Assembly: GCA_019658995.1 (NCBI GenBank)
Contig: JAIFWN010000002.1
Coordinates: forward strand, 29,262 to 93,261
Direction of reading: 5' to 3'
DNA: 64,000 nucleotides
Source of the DNA: Candidatus Parcubacteria bacterium
Lineage (GTDB): Bacteria > Patescibacteriota > Minisyncoccia > Phycocordibacterales > Zambryskibacteraceae
This document shows positions 1 to 8,557 of the stretch, in pieces; position 1 is the stretch's first letter; every line of letters starts with the position of its first letter. The notes below the pieces were generated by a model. That model had not been told where the DNA came from and did no database searches. It saw only the letters and a list, made by a program, of their open reading frames with translations. The position numbers and the translations under genes were made by a program.

Positions 1-120
1 AGAGTTGCCCAAGGTGTGACCGTAACCCGGGTAGAGTCCCTCTATTTCGTAAACGCCGGTTACCCCTTCCTCGGAGACGATCCGCGGTTTCGAAGGAAGA
101 AGAATTGTGTAATCAGCCAT
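1..120 (-). CDS. rpoA: DNA-directed RNA polymerase alpha subunit, N-terminal fragment (gene runs off the window start)
   Basis: Reverse-strand translation from the ATG at 118-120 gives MADYTILLPSKPRIVSEEGVTGVYEIEGLYPGYGHTLGNS, a typical RpoA N-terminus. It lies immediately downstream of rpsD, as in the conserved rpsM-rpsK-rpsD-rpoA order. Confidence 0.8.
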   Translation of the reverse strand, partial: MADYTILLPSKPRIVSEEGVTGVYEIEGLYPGYGHTLGNS

Positions 121-139
121 AATGTTTTAATTATTTAAA

Positions 140-745
140 TTATCTGCTATAGAACTCGATGACCTGTCCGAGATCGAATACCGCCTGGTTCGGAACGTAA
201 ACCGGTTTGCCAACCACTTTTGCCTCGAGATTCTCAGGACTTACGGTGAGCCATGCCGGAATCGCGCCGGCTTTTATACGCTCACCCGCCTCGCCGAAAA
301 GGGCGCTAGCTCTGCTGCCCTCTCTCACACCGACAGTGTCACCCTCCTTGAGCGAGATCGAGGGGATGGTTACCCTGCGGCCGTTGACCGTCGCGTGTCC
401 GTGGGCCGCCATCTGGCGCGCCTGGAGACGGGTCTTGGCAAAGCCAGCTCTGTAGAGGATATTATCCAGCCGGGATTCGAGAAATTGGAAGAGTTTCTGG
501 GTCGGTTCGGTTGAGTTTAGGGACAGCTTCACATACTTGGCAAACTGCCTTTCGGTAATGCCGTACGAGAAGCGCGCCTTCTGCTTCTCTATGAGCTGCT
601 TGCCGAACTCCGACTTCGGCCTTGTTGGCATCTGATCGTTCTTCTCCTTGCGCGAAAGCGAGAGCGCATATCTCTGCGTCTGAGTCTTTTCGAATATGGG
701 TGCCCCGAGGCGGCGAGCAAGTTTGTATTTTGGTCCGATTCTCAT
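140..745 (-). CDS. rpsD: 30S ribosomal protein S4
   Basis: The 201-aa ORF is full-length S4-like (MRIGPKYKLARRLG...). It sits in the rpsM-rpsK-rpsD-rpoA cluster. Confidence 0.95.
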   Translation of the reverse strand: MRIGPKYKLARRLGAPIFEKTQTQRYALSLSRKEKNDQMPTRPKSEFGKQLIEKQKARFSYGITERQFAKYVKLSLNSTEPTQKLFQFLESRLDNILYRAGFAKTRLQARQMAAHGHATVNGRRVTIPSISLKEGDTVGVREGSRASALFGEAGERIKAGAIPAWLTVSPENLEAKVVGKPVYVPNQAVFDLGQVIEFYSR

Positions 746-760
746 ATGTTTATTGAAATT

Positions 761-1204
761 TTATGCGCGTCGCGGCTTAGGCTTCTTGGGACCGTTATGC
801 GGCACGGGTGTCACATCGCTTATAGTGGTGAGGTTGATTCCCTTGGAAATAAAACCCCGGATCGCTGATTCGCGTCCGGAGCCTACACCCTTTACCTTTA
901 CCTGCACCTCCTTGACACCAAAGGTGGCCGCCTTGTCTCCAATGGTCTCGCCAATCTTAGCCGCAGCGAAGGGGGTGCCCTTCTTCGCCCCCTTGAATCC
1001 GAGAGCTCCTGAGGTTGACCATGCCAGAGTGTTGCCCTTCATATCGGTAAGAACGAGCTTGGTATTGTTGTATGTAGACTCAATGCTGAGGATTCCGCTC
1101 TCCACGCGTTTCTTCTGGGTTGATTTGACTGCGGTAGAAGCATCAGCCGCTTTTGCCGCCTCCTCACCCTTCTCTCCTGTTTCTATGATTCTTTTCTTTC
1201 CCAT
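761..1204 (-). CDS. rpsK: 30S ribosomal protein S11
   Basis: The 147-aa ORF has the S11 signature (…GNTLAWSTSGALGFKGAKKGTPFAA…) and lies between rpsM and rpsD. Confidence 0.95.
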   Translation of the reverse strand: MGKKRIIETGEKGEEAAKAADASTAVKSTQKKRVESGILSIESTYNNTKLVLTDMKGNTLAWSTSGALGFKGAKKGTPFAAAKIGETIGDKAATFGVKEVQVKVKGVGSGRESAIRGFISKGINLTTISDVTPVPHNGPKKPKPRRA

Positions 1205-1211
1205 TTTTATT

Positions 1212-1592
1212 TTATGTCTTCTCTACCACACGGCGGCCCGTACCCATGGTCTTTCTGACATTGCCTCGGCGTGTGCGGGAGTTAGTCTTGGTACGCTGAC
1301 CGCGGACCGGAAGACCTCTCTGATGCCGTACTCCCCGGTACGCCTTAATGTCCTTGAGCCTCTTGATGTTGCCCGCCACTTCGCGCTTCAGATCTCCTTC
1401 GAGAGTGAGCTTCTCCACCAGAGTGCGGATACGATTCTCCTCCTCAATTGAAATATCTTTGGGCTTCTTTGCGACGTCGACCTTAGCCTCAGCGAGGATG
1501 TCCGAAGCGCGAGATCTGCCAATGCCAAAGAGGACCGTTAGGCCGATATCAATACGCTTCTCCTCTGGGATAGTTATGCCTAATATTCTCAT
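1212..1592 (-). CDS. rpsM: 30S ribosomal protein S13
   Basis: The 126-aa ORF begins [19 protein letters not shown]… and has a C-terminal R/K-rich tail typical of S13. Confidence 0.95.
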   Translation of the reverse strand: MRILGITIPEEKRIDIGLTVLFGIGRSRASDILAEAKVDVAKKPKDISIEEENRIRTLVEKLTLEGDLKREVAGNIKRLKDIKAYRGVRHQRGLPVRGQRTKTNSRTRRGNVRKTMGTGRRVVEKT

Positions 1593-1708
1593 TAACCCTG
1601 TCGCTGTTTATGCCTCTGGTTAGCTTTGCAAATAACGTATACGTATCCTTTTCGCCTCACGATCTGGCATTTGGAGCACATTTTCTTGACCGATGCCTTG
1701 ACTTTCAT
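1592..1708 (-). CDS. rpmJ: 50S ribosomal protein L36 (small ORF below the ORF-track size cut-off)
   Basis: Hand translation of the minus strand gives [29 protein letters not shown]…QRHKQRQG*. Its TAA overlaps the rpsM ATG (TAATG). My manual reading suggests a 1-nt frame inconsistency. The displayed line lengths and the ORF-track coordinates disagree by 1 nt in this region, so the gene is probably intact. Confidence 0.7.
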   Translation of the reverse strand: MKVKASVKKMCSKCQIVRRKGYVYVICKANQRHKQRQG

Positions 1709-1757
1709 AGGTGAACGAATATTCTAACCGACCCTTAGTTTCCTGTCAATATTCACT

Positions 1758-1973
1758 TTATAGACGTTTGATGATACGAGCTTTGCCTCCGTATGGCTCG
1801 AGTTCCAAGACCACCTTGTCACCCACGAGGACCCGTATACGGTGAAGGCGCATTTTACCGGAAAGGTAGGCCAAAATCTCCTCTTCTGCTCCGTCGAGTT
1901 TGACCCTGAACATGATATTAGGGAGTGCTTCCGTGACTATGCCGGTACGCTCTAGCTCTTGTTTTTCAGCCAT
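1758..1973 (-). CDS. infA: translation initiation factor IF-1
   Basis: The 71-aa ORF has the S1-like IF-1 sequence (…GIVTEALPNIMFRVKLDGAEEEILAYLSGKMR…). Confidence 0.9.
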   Translation of the reverse strand: MAEKQELERTGIVTEALPNIMFRVKLDGAEEEILAYLSGKMRLHRIRVLVGDKVVLELEPYGGKARIIKRL

Positions 1974-3223
1974 TAGTATTCGGCTACTATCTTAATCTTT
2001 GCAGAGTCATTTGGAAAGGCCGACTTCCAGAAGGGCCTGATCATGGTTCTCGCACTCTCTATGGAAGGATAGTTCTTAAGGACTTTATCAACATCATCCC
2101 TCTGCACTCCTATGAGGTCGGATGCCAGGGCCGGCTCATCTGTAATGAAGCGGAGCTGGGCCGTTCCGGCCGCTTTTATCCGGATAGGTCCGCCACTGGC
2201 GAGGTCGGGCGCATTCGGTCCGGAGAAGGTTATATCGATTTTGGAAAAGTCCGGGATCTCTACCTGGCTGCCGACATTCTGGGCACCAAGTTTCTGAAGT
2301 GCGAGATACTGGGCAAGATCTCCTCTCTTGAAGATTGCGGCCGAGAGATCCCCGCGCTCTTTGACGGTTGCGGTATTGTCTGCGGAGGCCTCGGCCGGCA
2401 GGATTTCATAAGTAATAGTTGCAAGCCCGGGGAAAAGCACGTAATCGGACGGCATCTGGGCTCTTGCCTGATTCAGAAGTTCGCTCCTAAGTTCCTCGTC
2501 CAGAGTATCTTTAGCCTTGGCTACGTCTGCCGGACTGGCTTTCTTCCTAGTTCCGGTGAATCCGCCGGCCATGGCCGTTTTGCTCCTGGCATAGACCAGC
2601 TCATACCGCGGACCGCCCTTGAGACCGGGCAGTGTGAAGTCGGAGAGAGGAATGTTATACGAGGCACCGGGTTCTGCGGCAACCGCCAGGGTTTCCAGAC
2701 TTCCCTTGGCCGGGATGCTTACATCGCTTTGTATTCTGTAGATTTTTCCATCGGTAGTTTCGAGTCTGGTGGTTTTTACGAGCTTCTGCACGGTATCCTG
2801 CTGGTTGTAGATGATGACGGTACCCCTGGCGGATTCCTCGACAGTCTCTTCTCCGGAGGCTGGTATGCTCTGGCTCTTCTCACCGGAGAGCTTGATGATG
2901 CTATATGCAAGCTGTCCGAAAGCGGCCGACTGATACGCCGTGTATGCGTCACCGCTGAATGCAAGGTCAGACATTTTCGGCTTATAAGCAAGGGTGGCAC
3001 CGCTCATGAGAGAGAAAGCGATAAGAGCTATGACAAGCACGGCGACTACGCCGCTGATCCAGAGATTCCTGTTCTTATGATTTTTATGCTTCCTGGGTGT
3101 GAGGATTTCCTCCGGTTCGGTCACCTGAGATACTGAGACCGGCTCTATGCGTCTGACTGGCACACTGACATCCCTTATGGATCTCCTCCTCGGCGGCACC
3201 ATGTCTTCGATGTTCTTCGGCAT
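1973..3223 (-). CDS. hypothetical membrane-anchored protein (basic N-terminus, single TM, large extracytoplasmic domain)
   Basis: The 416-aa ORF overlaps infA by 1 nt. It has a hydrophobic segment WISGVVAVLVIALIAFSLM and no recognisable catalytic motif. Confidence 0.6.
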   Translation of the reverse strand: MPKNIEDMVPPRRRSIRDVSVPVRRIEPVSVSQVTEPEEILTPRKHKNHKNRNLWISGVVAVLVIALIAFSLMSGATLAYKPKMSDLAFSGDAYTAYQSAAFGQLAYSIIKLSGEKSQSIPASGEETVEESARGTVIIYNQQDTVQKLVKTTRLETTDGKIYRIQSDVSIPAKGSLETLAVAAEPGASYNIPLSDFTLPGLKGGPRYELVYARSKTAMAGGFTGTRKKASPADVAKAKDTLDEELRSELLNQARAQMPSDYVLFPGLATITYEILPAEASADNTATVKERGDLSAAIFKRGDLAQYLALQKLGAQNVGSQVEIPDFSKIDITFSGPNAPDLASGGPIRIKAAGTAQLRFITDEPALASDLIGVQRDDVDKVLKNYPSIESARTMIRPFWKSAFPNDSAKIKIVAEY

Positions 3224-3239
3224 TTTTATTAATTTTATA

Positions 3240-4409
3240 TTATTTCAGCAGGTTTGAGAAGGAGGAAAGCAGCAATATCTTCTCATCACCCAGCATCTCC
3301 GGCGACGCCCTTACAAGTTCTCTTGTGAAAGTGTTGGTATCTCCAAGGAGAATGATGCGTCGCCCGGTGAGAACGCTCTCCAAAAATGTTTTCATCAGCT
3401 TTTCGAAGCCGCTTGGCACCACCAGGAAGACTGAATACGGCACAGCGCTGCCTTCGGGAATACTCTCATCCATCTGGCGCCACAGCGATATCCATTTTTC
3501 CTCGACTTCTATGAATACACTGTCTATGGCTCCGGTTGTAGCCTGATCCAAAACTCCGGAGGCAAAGAGCGAGAGGTACGAATATGCGAGCTGGATCGGT
3601 ATTCCGAGCTTTTCCGCCACGGCCTTGGCTATGGATGCCGGGCCGAAGGCGAGCGTCGCGGCAAAGGCGGAACTTCCATGCCGCAGAAACAATACATCAG
3701 TAAATTCTAAAGTCATATCTATGAGCAGAGCCGAGTGCAGACTCTGGAATGAATGCGATAAAACCTTGAAGAAAGCGAACATGAAGCTATGCGTCGCCAT
3801 ACCCCTTCTTATACCGATTGATTTTACAAGCTCGCTTCCTACACTGCGCAGCAGATCCCTGCTGGCGGCACTGAGAAGAAAGCTTACTTCTGCTTTCTCG
3901 ACCCTGTCGCTCAGCGGAGCCTCAGACTCATATCCGTTCAGGTACAGATTGGTAATGGCGGATTCGAATATTTCATCTTGCGAACTATTGTCGTTCCTGA
4001 GTCTTTCCCTGAAGAGTACTTCCTCCTCACTTATAACATTCCTTAACATACTTTTATCAAGAACAAACCCCCCGGGCTTAGCCAGAATCACGGTTTTAAG
4101 ATGGGAGCGGAGCCATGGTGAAGAGAAAGTCACAAGAGCCCTGTGTACAGCACTGCCATAACCGCTTTTGGAAAGATTCGGTATATCTTTGGCGATGGAT
4201 GCAAGAGTTGTTCGCAGTGAAGCGAGCATCGGAACTTCCGGGTATTCTTCTGCGGGATTACTCCCGGTCGTAAACGGTGTACGAATCTTGGACGTTAGCG
4301 CGGGAGTGCCCTTGGGATCGGTATGTACAAGCGCGGCCGCGGTCGATCCGGAGGATATATCGACCACAAGGATGTTTTCACCGGAATCTTTCCGATTCAA
4401 AAAACTCAT
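3240..4409 (-). CDS. hypothetical protein, possibly an actin-like ATPase fold (FtsA/PilM-like)
   Basis: The 389-aa ORF has an N-terminal ILVVDISSGSTAAALV segment resembling the phosphate-1 motif of actin/Hsp70-fold ATPases. The assignment is tentative. Confidence 0.5.
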   Translation of the reverse strand: MSFLNRKDSGENILVVDISSGSTAAALVHTDPKGTPALTSKIRTPFTTGSNPAEEYPEVPMLASLRTTLASIAKDIPNLSKSGYGSAVHRALVTFSSPWLRSHLKTVILAKPGGFVLDKSMLRNVISEEEVLFRERLRNDNSSQDEIFESAITNLYLNGYESEAPLSDRVEKAEVSFLLSAASRDLLRSVGSELVKSIGIRRGMATHSFMFAFFKVLSHSFQSLHSALLIDMTLEFTDVLFLRHGSSAFAATLAFGPASIAKAVAEKLGIPIQLAYSYLSLFASGVLDQATTGAIDSVFIEVEEKWISLWRQMDESIPEGSAVPYSVFLVVPSGFEKLMKTFLESVLTGRRIILLGDTNTFTRELVRASPEMLGDEKILLLSSFSNLLK

Positions 4410-4413
4410 TATC

Positions 4414-6288
4414 CTATTGTAGCACCGCTTTGATACGGCGAACTCCTACGGAAACCGCTTCTTCCTTCTGGATTTTGAATATTCCCAATTCACTCGTATT
4501 TGAGACGTGCGGCCCGCCGCAAAGCTCTTTGGAGTAAGTGCCAATTGAGTAGACAGAAACTTGATCCGGATACTTTTGGTCAAAGAAGTGGAGTGCCCCG
4601 GACTTAATAGCTTCATTTTTATCCATAGTCACATTTTGCACCGGTATAGCCTCCTTGATCTTCTTATTTACGATATCCTCAACTCTCAACTTCTCCTCAT
4701 CGGTCATTTTGCGTGGGAAGGCAAAATCGAAACGCAGCCGCTCTGGTGTGATGTTACTTCCCTCTTGCTGTACCTCTGGCCCAAGTACGTCTCTTAGCGC
4801 TTGATGCAACAGGTGTGTAGTGGTGTGATATTTAACTTCTACGTCCGAATGTCCAGCCAATCCACCTTTGAATTTCTGCTCTGCACCTGCACGAGATAGC
4901 TCTCGATGCTTTTCAATTTCTTGATTGAACTCACTTTGTAGCCTCTTATAATCTTGAGGGAAAAAATAATGCTTGTTATGTGATTTTAATTCCTCGAGTG
5001 TCATTTCGAATGGAAACCCAAATGTCTGATAGAAATCAAACAACCATTTTCCTGTGACCTCAGATGGTGGAAAATCCCACATCTGAATATCATCCGGACC
5101 ATGCACAAGGCTTACATGATGAACTTTATAAGTCTGTCCTGGTCTACCTATCTGAGCCTCAATTTTTCTATGTAAAATTTTGAGGCCCTTTTCGAGAGTT
5201 TTCCTAAATTTATGCTCTTCCTCTAAAATTACCTCTCTTATGTACTCTTCGTCACCAAAATCATAGACTCCTCTATATTTATTTGTTACCAAGTCAATTA
5301 CTTCTCCAATTGCGTGCATTTCCACACCTAATTTGTCCGCATAACGCACAGCCCTTCTTATTATGCGTCTTAATACATAACCTTTATCAGTATTCGCAGG
5401 AATTACATGATCGGCGATTATAAATACTGACGTTCGGATATGATCGGCAACTATTCTTTCGGATCTTATATCTGAGCTCTTTTTTAGTTCATCAATTTTA
5501 GACATTATTGAAATGAAGAGGTCTGTATCAAAGATGCTATCCTTCTTTTGCAAAACCATTGCTAAGCGCTCGAGACCTGCACCGGTGTCGACATTTCGAC
5601 TAGGAAGCTTCCCAACTACTTTGCCATCCTTCTTTTCATATTCCATGAAGACATCATTCCAGATCTCAACAATTTTTTGTTCATTATCAGCCTTTAGAAA
5701 TTCCTCATGAGTTAGATCACCGAGTCCCTCTGGTGTTATGTCGTAATACATTTCAGTATCTGGACCGGACGGACCATTGTCCCCAGCGCTCCACCAGTTC
5801 TTATCGGCTGGCAGGAAATAGATACGATTTTCAGGTATATATTTCTTCCATATTTCCGCAGCTTCGTTATCACGTGGTGCATTTTCGTCTCCAGCGAACA
5901 CTGTTATATAAAGCCTATTCGGATCAAGGCCGAAACCCTCTTCTTTATCAGTTAGTAATTCGTAACTCCATTTAATTGCATCTTCCTTGAAATAATCTCC
6001 GAGTGACCAGTTCCCTAGCATTTCAAAGAAGGTGTCATGGGTTTTGTCTCCAACCTCCTCAATATCCTGAGTCCTGACGCTTTTCTGCACATTAGCAAGC
6101 CTTTTACCTTTTGGATGATCTTTGCCAAGGAGATACGGGATAAGGGGCTGCATGCCGGCAGAAATAAAGAGAGTTTTATTGGTCTTCTCCGACTCATCAG
6201 GCGCAACTAACGAGGCTGAAGGGATAATGGCGTGTCCCCTCTTTTCAAAAAAAGCGAGAAATCGCTTGCGGATTTCCTGTGATTCCAT
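4414..6288 (-). CDS. alaS: alanine--tRNA ligase, short form without the C-terminal C-Ala/DHHA1 domain
   Basis: The 624-aa ORF has the class II AlaRS catalytic core (FFEMLGNWSLGDYFK, DTGAGLERL) and editing-domain motifs (HTTTHLLHQAL … CGGPHV). The protein ends directly after the editing domain. Confidence 0.9.
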   Translation of the reverse strand: MESQEIRKRFLAFFEKRGHAIIPSASLVAPDESEKTNKTLFISAGMQPLIPYLLGKDHPKGKRLANVQKSVRTQDIEEVGDKTHDTFFEMLGNWSLGDYFKEDAIKWSYELLTDKEEGFGLDPNRLYITVFAGDENAPRDNEAAEIWKKYIPENRIYFLPADKNWWSAGDNGPSGPDTEMYYDITPEGLGDLTHEEFLKADNEQKIVEIWNDVFMEYEKKDGKVVGKLPSRNVDTGAGLERLAMVLQKKDSIFDTDLFISIMSKIDELKKSSDIRSERIVADHIRTSVFIIADHVIPANTDKGYVLRRIIRRAVRYADKLGVEMHAIGEVIDLVTNKYRGVYDFGDEEYIREVILEEEHKFRKTLEKGLKILHRKIEAQIGRPGQTYKVHHVSLVHGPDDIQMWDFPPSEVTGKWLFDFYQTFGFPFEMTLEELKSHNKHYFFPQDYKRLQSEFNQEIEKHRELSRAGAEQKFKGGLAGHSDVEVKYHTTTHLLHQALRDVLGPEVQQEGSNITPERLRFDFAFPRKMTDEEKLRVEDIVNKKIKEAIPVQNVTMDKNEAIKSGALHFFDQKYPDQVSVYSIGTYSKELCGGPHVSNTSELGIFKIQKEEAVSVGVRRIKAVLQ

Positions 6289-6331
6289 GGCAAGATACTA
6301 GCAGTTTGAAGAACAAAGAAAAAGACCCGAC

Positions 6332-6808
6332 TTAACGAGCCTTCTTTTTATGGATAACTGCTCTCCAGCGGTCGACACCCTCGCTCGAAAATCTGGCAAT
6401 GTTTTCGATAGTGAAATAGACGGGCATGCTCGCATTGAGCGTATCCGCAATCGTGGATTCGATTGCCCTCAGCCCAGCTTCACAGGCGTTTTTGCTCACT
6501 CCAGCACCAGCTTCAAGCTGGCGGAGGAGTTGCTCTCGCTCGAGTTCCGGGAATCGCGAATCCTCATCGTGAGCATCTTTCTTCAGGAGGTAGTAGAGGG
6601 TATCACGTCTCTTATTCATGCCGTTGAGCGCCTTAAGTGACAGGGTGGTCGCGAAAACGGATACGAATGCCTCGATTTCTACAAATGCCACGTCATGAAC
6701 CGCTTGCTGAATTGCCCTTCCAGCTAAGACAAAAGTCTGCTCGTAGGTAATCGTCCGTGAACTTGGCATTGATCTCCCTATGGAATCATTCTGCCGGCAG
6801 ATTAGCAC
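6332..6808 (-). CDS. hypothetical protein, possibly a RecX-like regulator (true start may be the internal Met near 6769)
   Basis: The ORF is about 145-158 aa and helical in character. It lies directly upstream of alaS, as in the recA-recX-alaS arrangement of many bacteria. Sequence similarity is weak. Confidence 0.35.
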   Translation of the reverse strand: MLICRQNDSIGRSMPSSRTITYEQTFVLAGRAIQQAVHDVAFVEIEAFVSVFATTLSLKALNGMNKRRDTLYYLLKKDAHDEDSRFPELEREQLLRQLEAGAGVSKNACEAGLRAIESTIADTLNASMPVYFTIENIARFSSEGVDRWRAVIHKKKAR

Positions 6809-6823
6809 TTGTCGGCCCGGATA

Positions 6824-7414
6824 TCAAATGAGAGTTTTAAGAACCTTAAAATCTTCAATTAACGTAGATTTGAGATGCTGGTTATAGATTGCTGCGGCGG
6901 GGTGGAAGAGGGGTACAACCTTAACCTTTTGTCCTTCGATCTCAGTGTCAAAGACTTTGCCATGTAAGTTCGAGATCGGACCAAGTTCCCAGTCTAGGCT
7001 GTACCTATTCATTACATACTGCATTGAGAAGCGGCCTAGGGTAGCTATGACCTTGGGCTTGATAATCTCAATCTGACGATCCATGAAGGGTGCATAGAGA
7101 GCAATCTCCTCAGGAAATGGGTCTCTGTTCTTAGGAGGGCGATCCTTAACTATATTTGTTATGTAGACTTCTTCTCTCGGGATTCCAACAGAAGCCAGAA
7201 GTTCGTCCAGGAACTTCCCAGCCCGCCCCACGAACGGTCTGCCGGTCTTGGCTTCATTCTCCCCCGGAGCTTCTCCTATAAATATTATTGAGGCATCGTG
7301 ACTCCCCTCCCCTATAACTGGGAAATATTTCTCTTTCTTACGCAGATCAGCAAGATCACCGGAGATCTTGATTACCTCGTCCTTAATTTTCTTTAGCTCC
7401 TCAGTCTTACTCAT
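6824..7414 (-). CDS. uracil-DNA glycosylase, family 4
   Basis: The protein carries the family 4 UDG motifs GEAPGENEAKTGRPFVGRAGKFLDELL and HPAAA. The likely start is the internal Met (MSKTEEL), which removes the overlap with the upstream gene. Confidence 0.8.
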   Translation of the reverse strand: MSKTEELKKIKDEVIKISGDLADLRKKEKYFPVIGEGSHDASIIFIGEAPGENEAKTGRPFVGRAGKFLDELLASVGIPREEVYITNIVKDRPPKNRDPFPEEIALYAPFMDRQIEIIKPKVIATLGRFSMQYVMNRYSLDWELGPISNLHGKVFDTEIEGQKVKVVPLFHPAAAIYNQHLKSTLIEDFKVLKTLI

Positions 7415-7415
7415 G

Positions 7416-8123
7416 CTAGAACGGAGCCGATTCTGTATTCGGCAAGTCCTCAAAAGTCATACGCTTATATACAGCCCTGACAGTTTCTACATCTCGCATG
7501 CAATATTCGCAAATCTCTTTAACTTTTCCTTCTTTATAAAACTTCCACACCTCTGAGCCATCGATACCATCCTTAGGAGTCGGTATACCCAGAGCGAGCG
7601 ATATATGCTCGATAGTTTTGTTGCTCCATTTCTCTCTCCAATTGTTCCACTCCCATTGGGTGTCGAAGATCGGGAGATTCATATAACGCGCAAAATCCAG
7701 ATATTTTACCCCGGCAGGGAGTCTAAATTTGCTAACGCCTAAAGTTAAATATTTATCCCAGCTCGGTCTTACACCGAGAATGACAGATCGCTGCATGATG
7801 AATGGTAAATCGAAATCTCGAATATTGTGGCCGACGAATAGATCGGCGCGGCCGGCAACTTCCCAGAATTTTCTTACCATCTCTGTCTCGTCTCCTGAGA
7901 AAGATTGCACAGGTTCATTATTGAGCGCATAAGCTATGGTACATATACGGCCATATGTCCCGTCAAAAGAAGTTTGCTCAAAAAATTCCTCAAACGTCAT
8001 GAACTCTTCTTCCCCATCTCTTTCTTTATGTTTCTTCTGCTTTCGCTCATACAAATAGCGAAGTGTTTTTTCTGCGCTCTCGGGCGCGGGAATGGTTTCG
8101 ATATCGAAATACAGCTTATTCAT
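7416..8123 (-). CDS. predicted 3'-5' exonuclease, RNase H-like fold (PolB-exonuclease-related, DEDDy type)
   Basis: The 235-aa ORF has an N-terminal FDIETIP (Exo I), HNIRDFDLPF (Exo II) and YCMRDVETV (Exo III with Tyr). Confidence 0.7.
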   Translation of the reverse strand: MNKLYFDIETIPAPESAEKTLRYLYERKQKKHKERDGEEEFMTFEEFFEQTSFDGTYGRICTIAYALNNEPVQSFSGDETEMVRKFWEVAGRADLFVGHNIRDFDLPFIMQRSVILGVRPSWDKYLTLGVSKFRLPAGVKYLDFARYMNLPIFDTQWEWNNWREKWSNKTIEHISLALGIPTPKDGIDGSEVWKFYKEGKVKEICEYCMRDVETVRAVYKRMTFEDLPNTESAPF

Positions 8124-8128
8124 TCTTC

Positions 8129-8557
8129 TTATTTATTTTTCCGGGCGATCATTTGCTCAACAAACCATAGGGCGGTAAAAACAAGGAGCGTAACCACTGT
8201 AGTGAAAACAGCCAGGGAGATCTGACCGAATCCGACGGCCATACCGACGCCGGCGGTGAGCCAGAGCCCGGCAGCGGTAGTGAGGCCAGAGAGCTGGTGG
8301 TTTTGGAAGATAATGACGCCTCCGCACAGGAATCCTATACCCATAATAATGGCCGCCGCCGTGCGCATAGGATCGAAGCTGTACAGATTACTGCCAGAGA
8401 CCACCAATTCCGAGAGTATAACGAAGAGAGATGACCCCATGGCCACAAGACCGTAAGTGCGCATGCCGGCGGTCTTGTGGGCAAAGGTGCGCTCAAGTCC
8501 GATGGCCAGACCCAGTCCGAGTGCAATGAGAATCCTGACAAATGCGACGGTCATCAT
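8129..8557 (-). CDS. MgtC/SapB family membrane protein
   Basis: The 142-aa ORF has an N-terminal GLERTFAHKTAGMRTYGLVAMGS motif and four predicted TM helices, characteristic of the MgtC family. Confidence 0.75.
   Translation of the reverse strand: MMTVAFVRILIALGLGLAIGLERTFAHKTAGMRTYGLVAMGSSLFVILSELVVSGSNLYSFDPMRTAAAIIMGIGFLCGGVIIFQNHQLSGLTTAAGLWLTAGVGMAVGFGQISLAVFTTVVTLLVFTALWFVEQMIARKNK

Noticed and set aside
696-1451. A 251-aa plus-strand ORF spanning rpsK and rpsM in antisense. Similar long antisense ORFs occur at 14700..15365 in leuS, 26821..27555 in uvrB, 24079..24573 in uvrA, 54939..55550 in rpoC and 13083..13871 across the HARE-HTH/leuS junction.
   Set aside because: They lie entirely antisense to strongly conserved housekeeping genes. 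They have odd amino-acid composition (Ser/Pro/Arg-rich) and no RBS. They are typical shadow ORFs.
1592-1708. An apparent 1-nt frameshift in rpmJ on manual reading.
   Set aside because: Displayed line lengths are inconsistent. The line beginning at 1261 shows 59 nt, and the ORF-track coordinates are offset by 1 relative to my count at 1592 but not at 1758. The real sequence most likely contains the extra base, so the gene is treated as intact.
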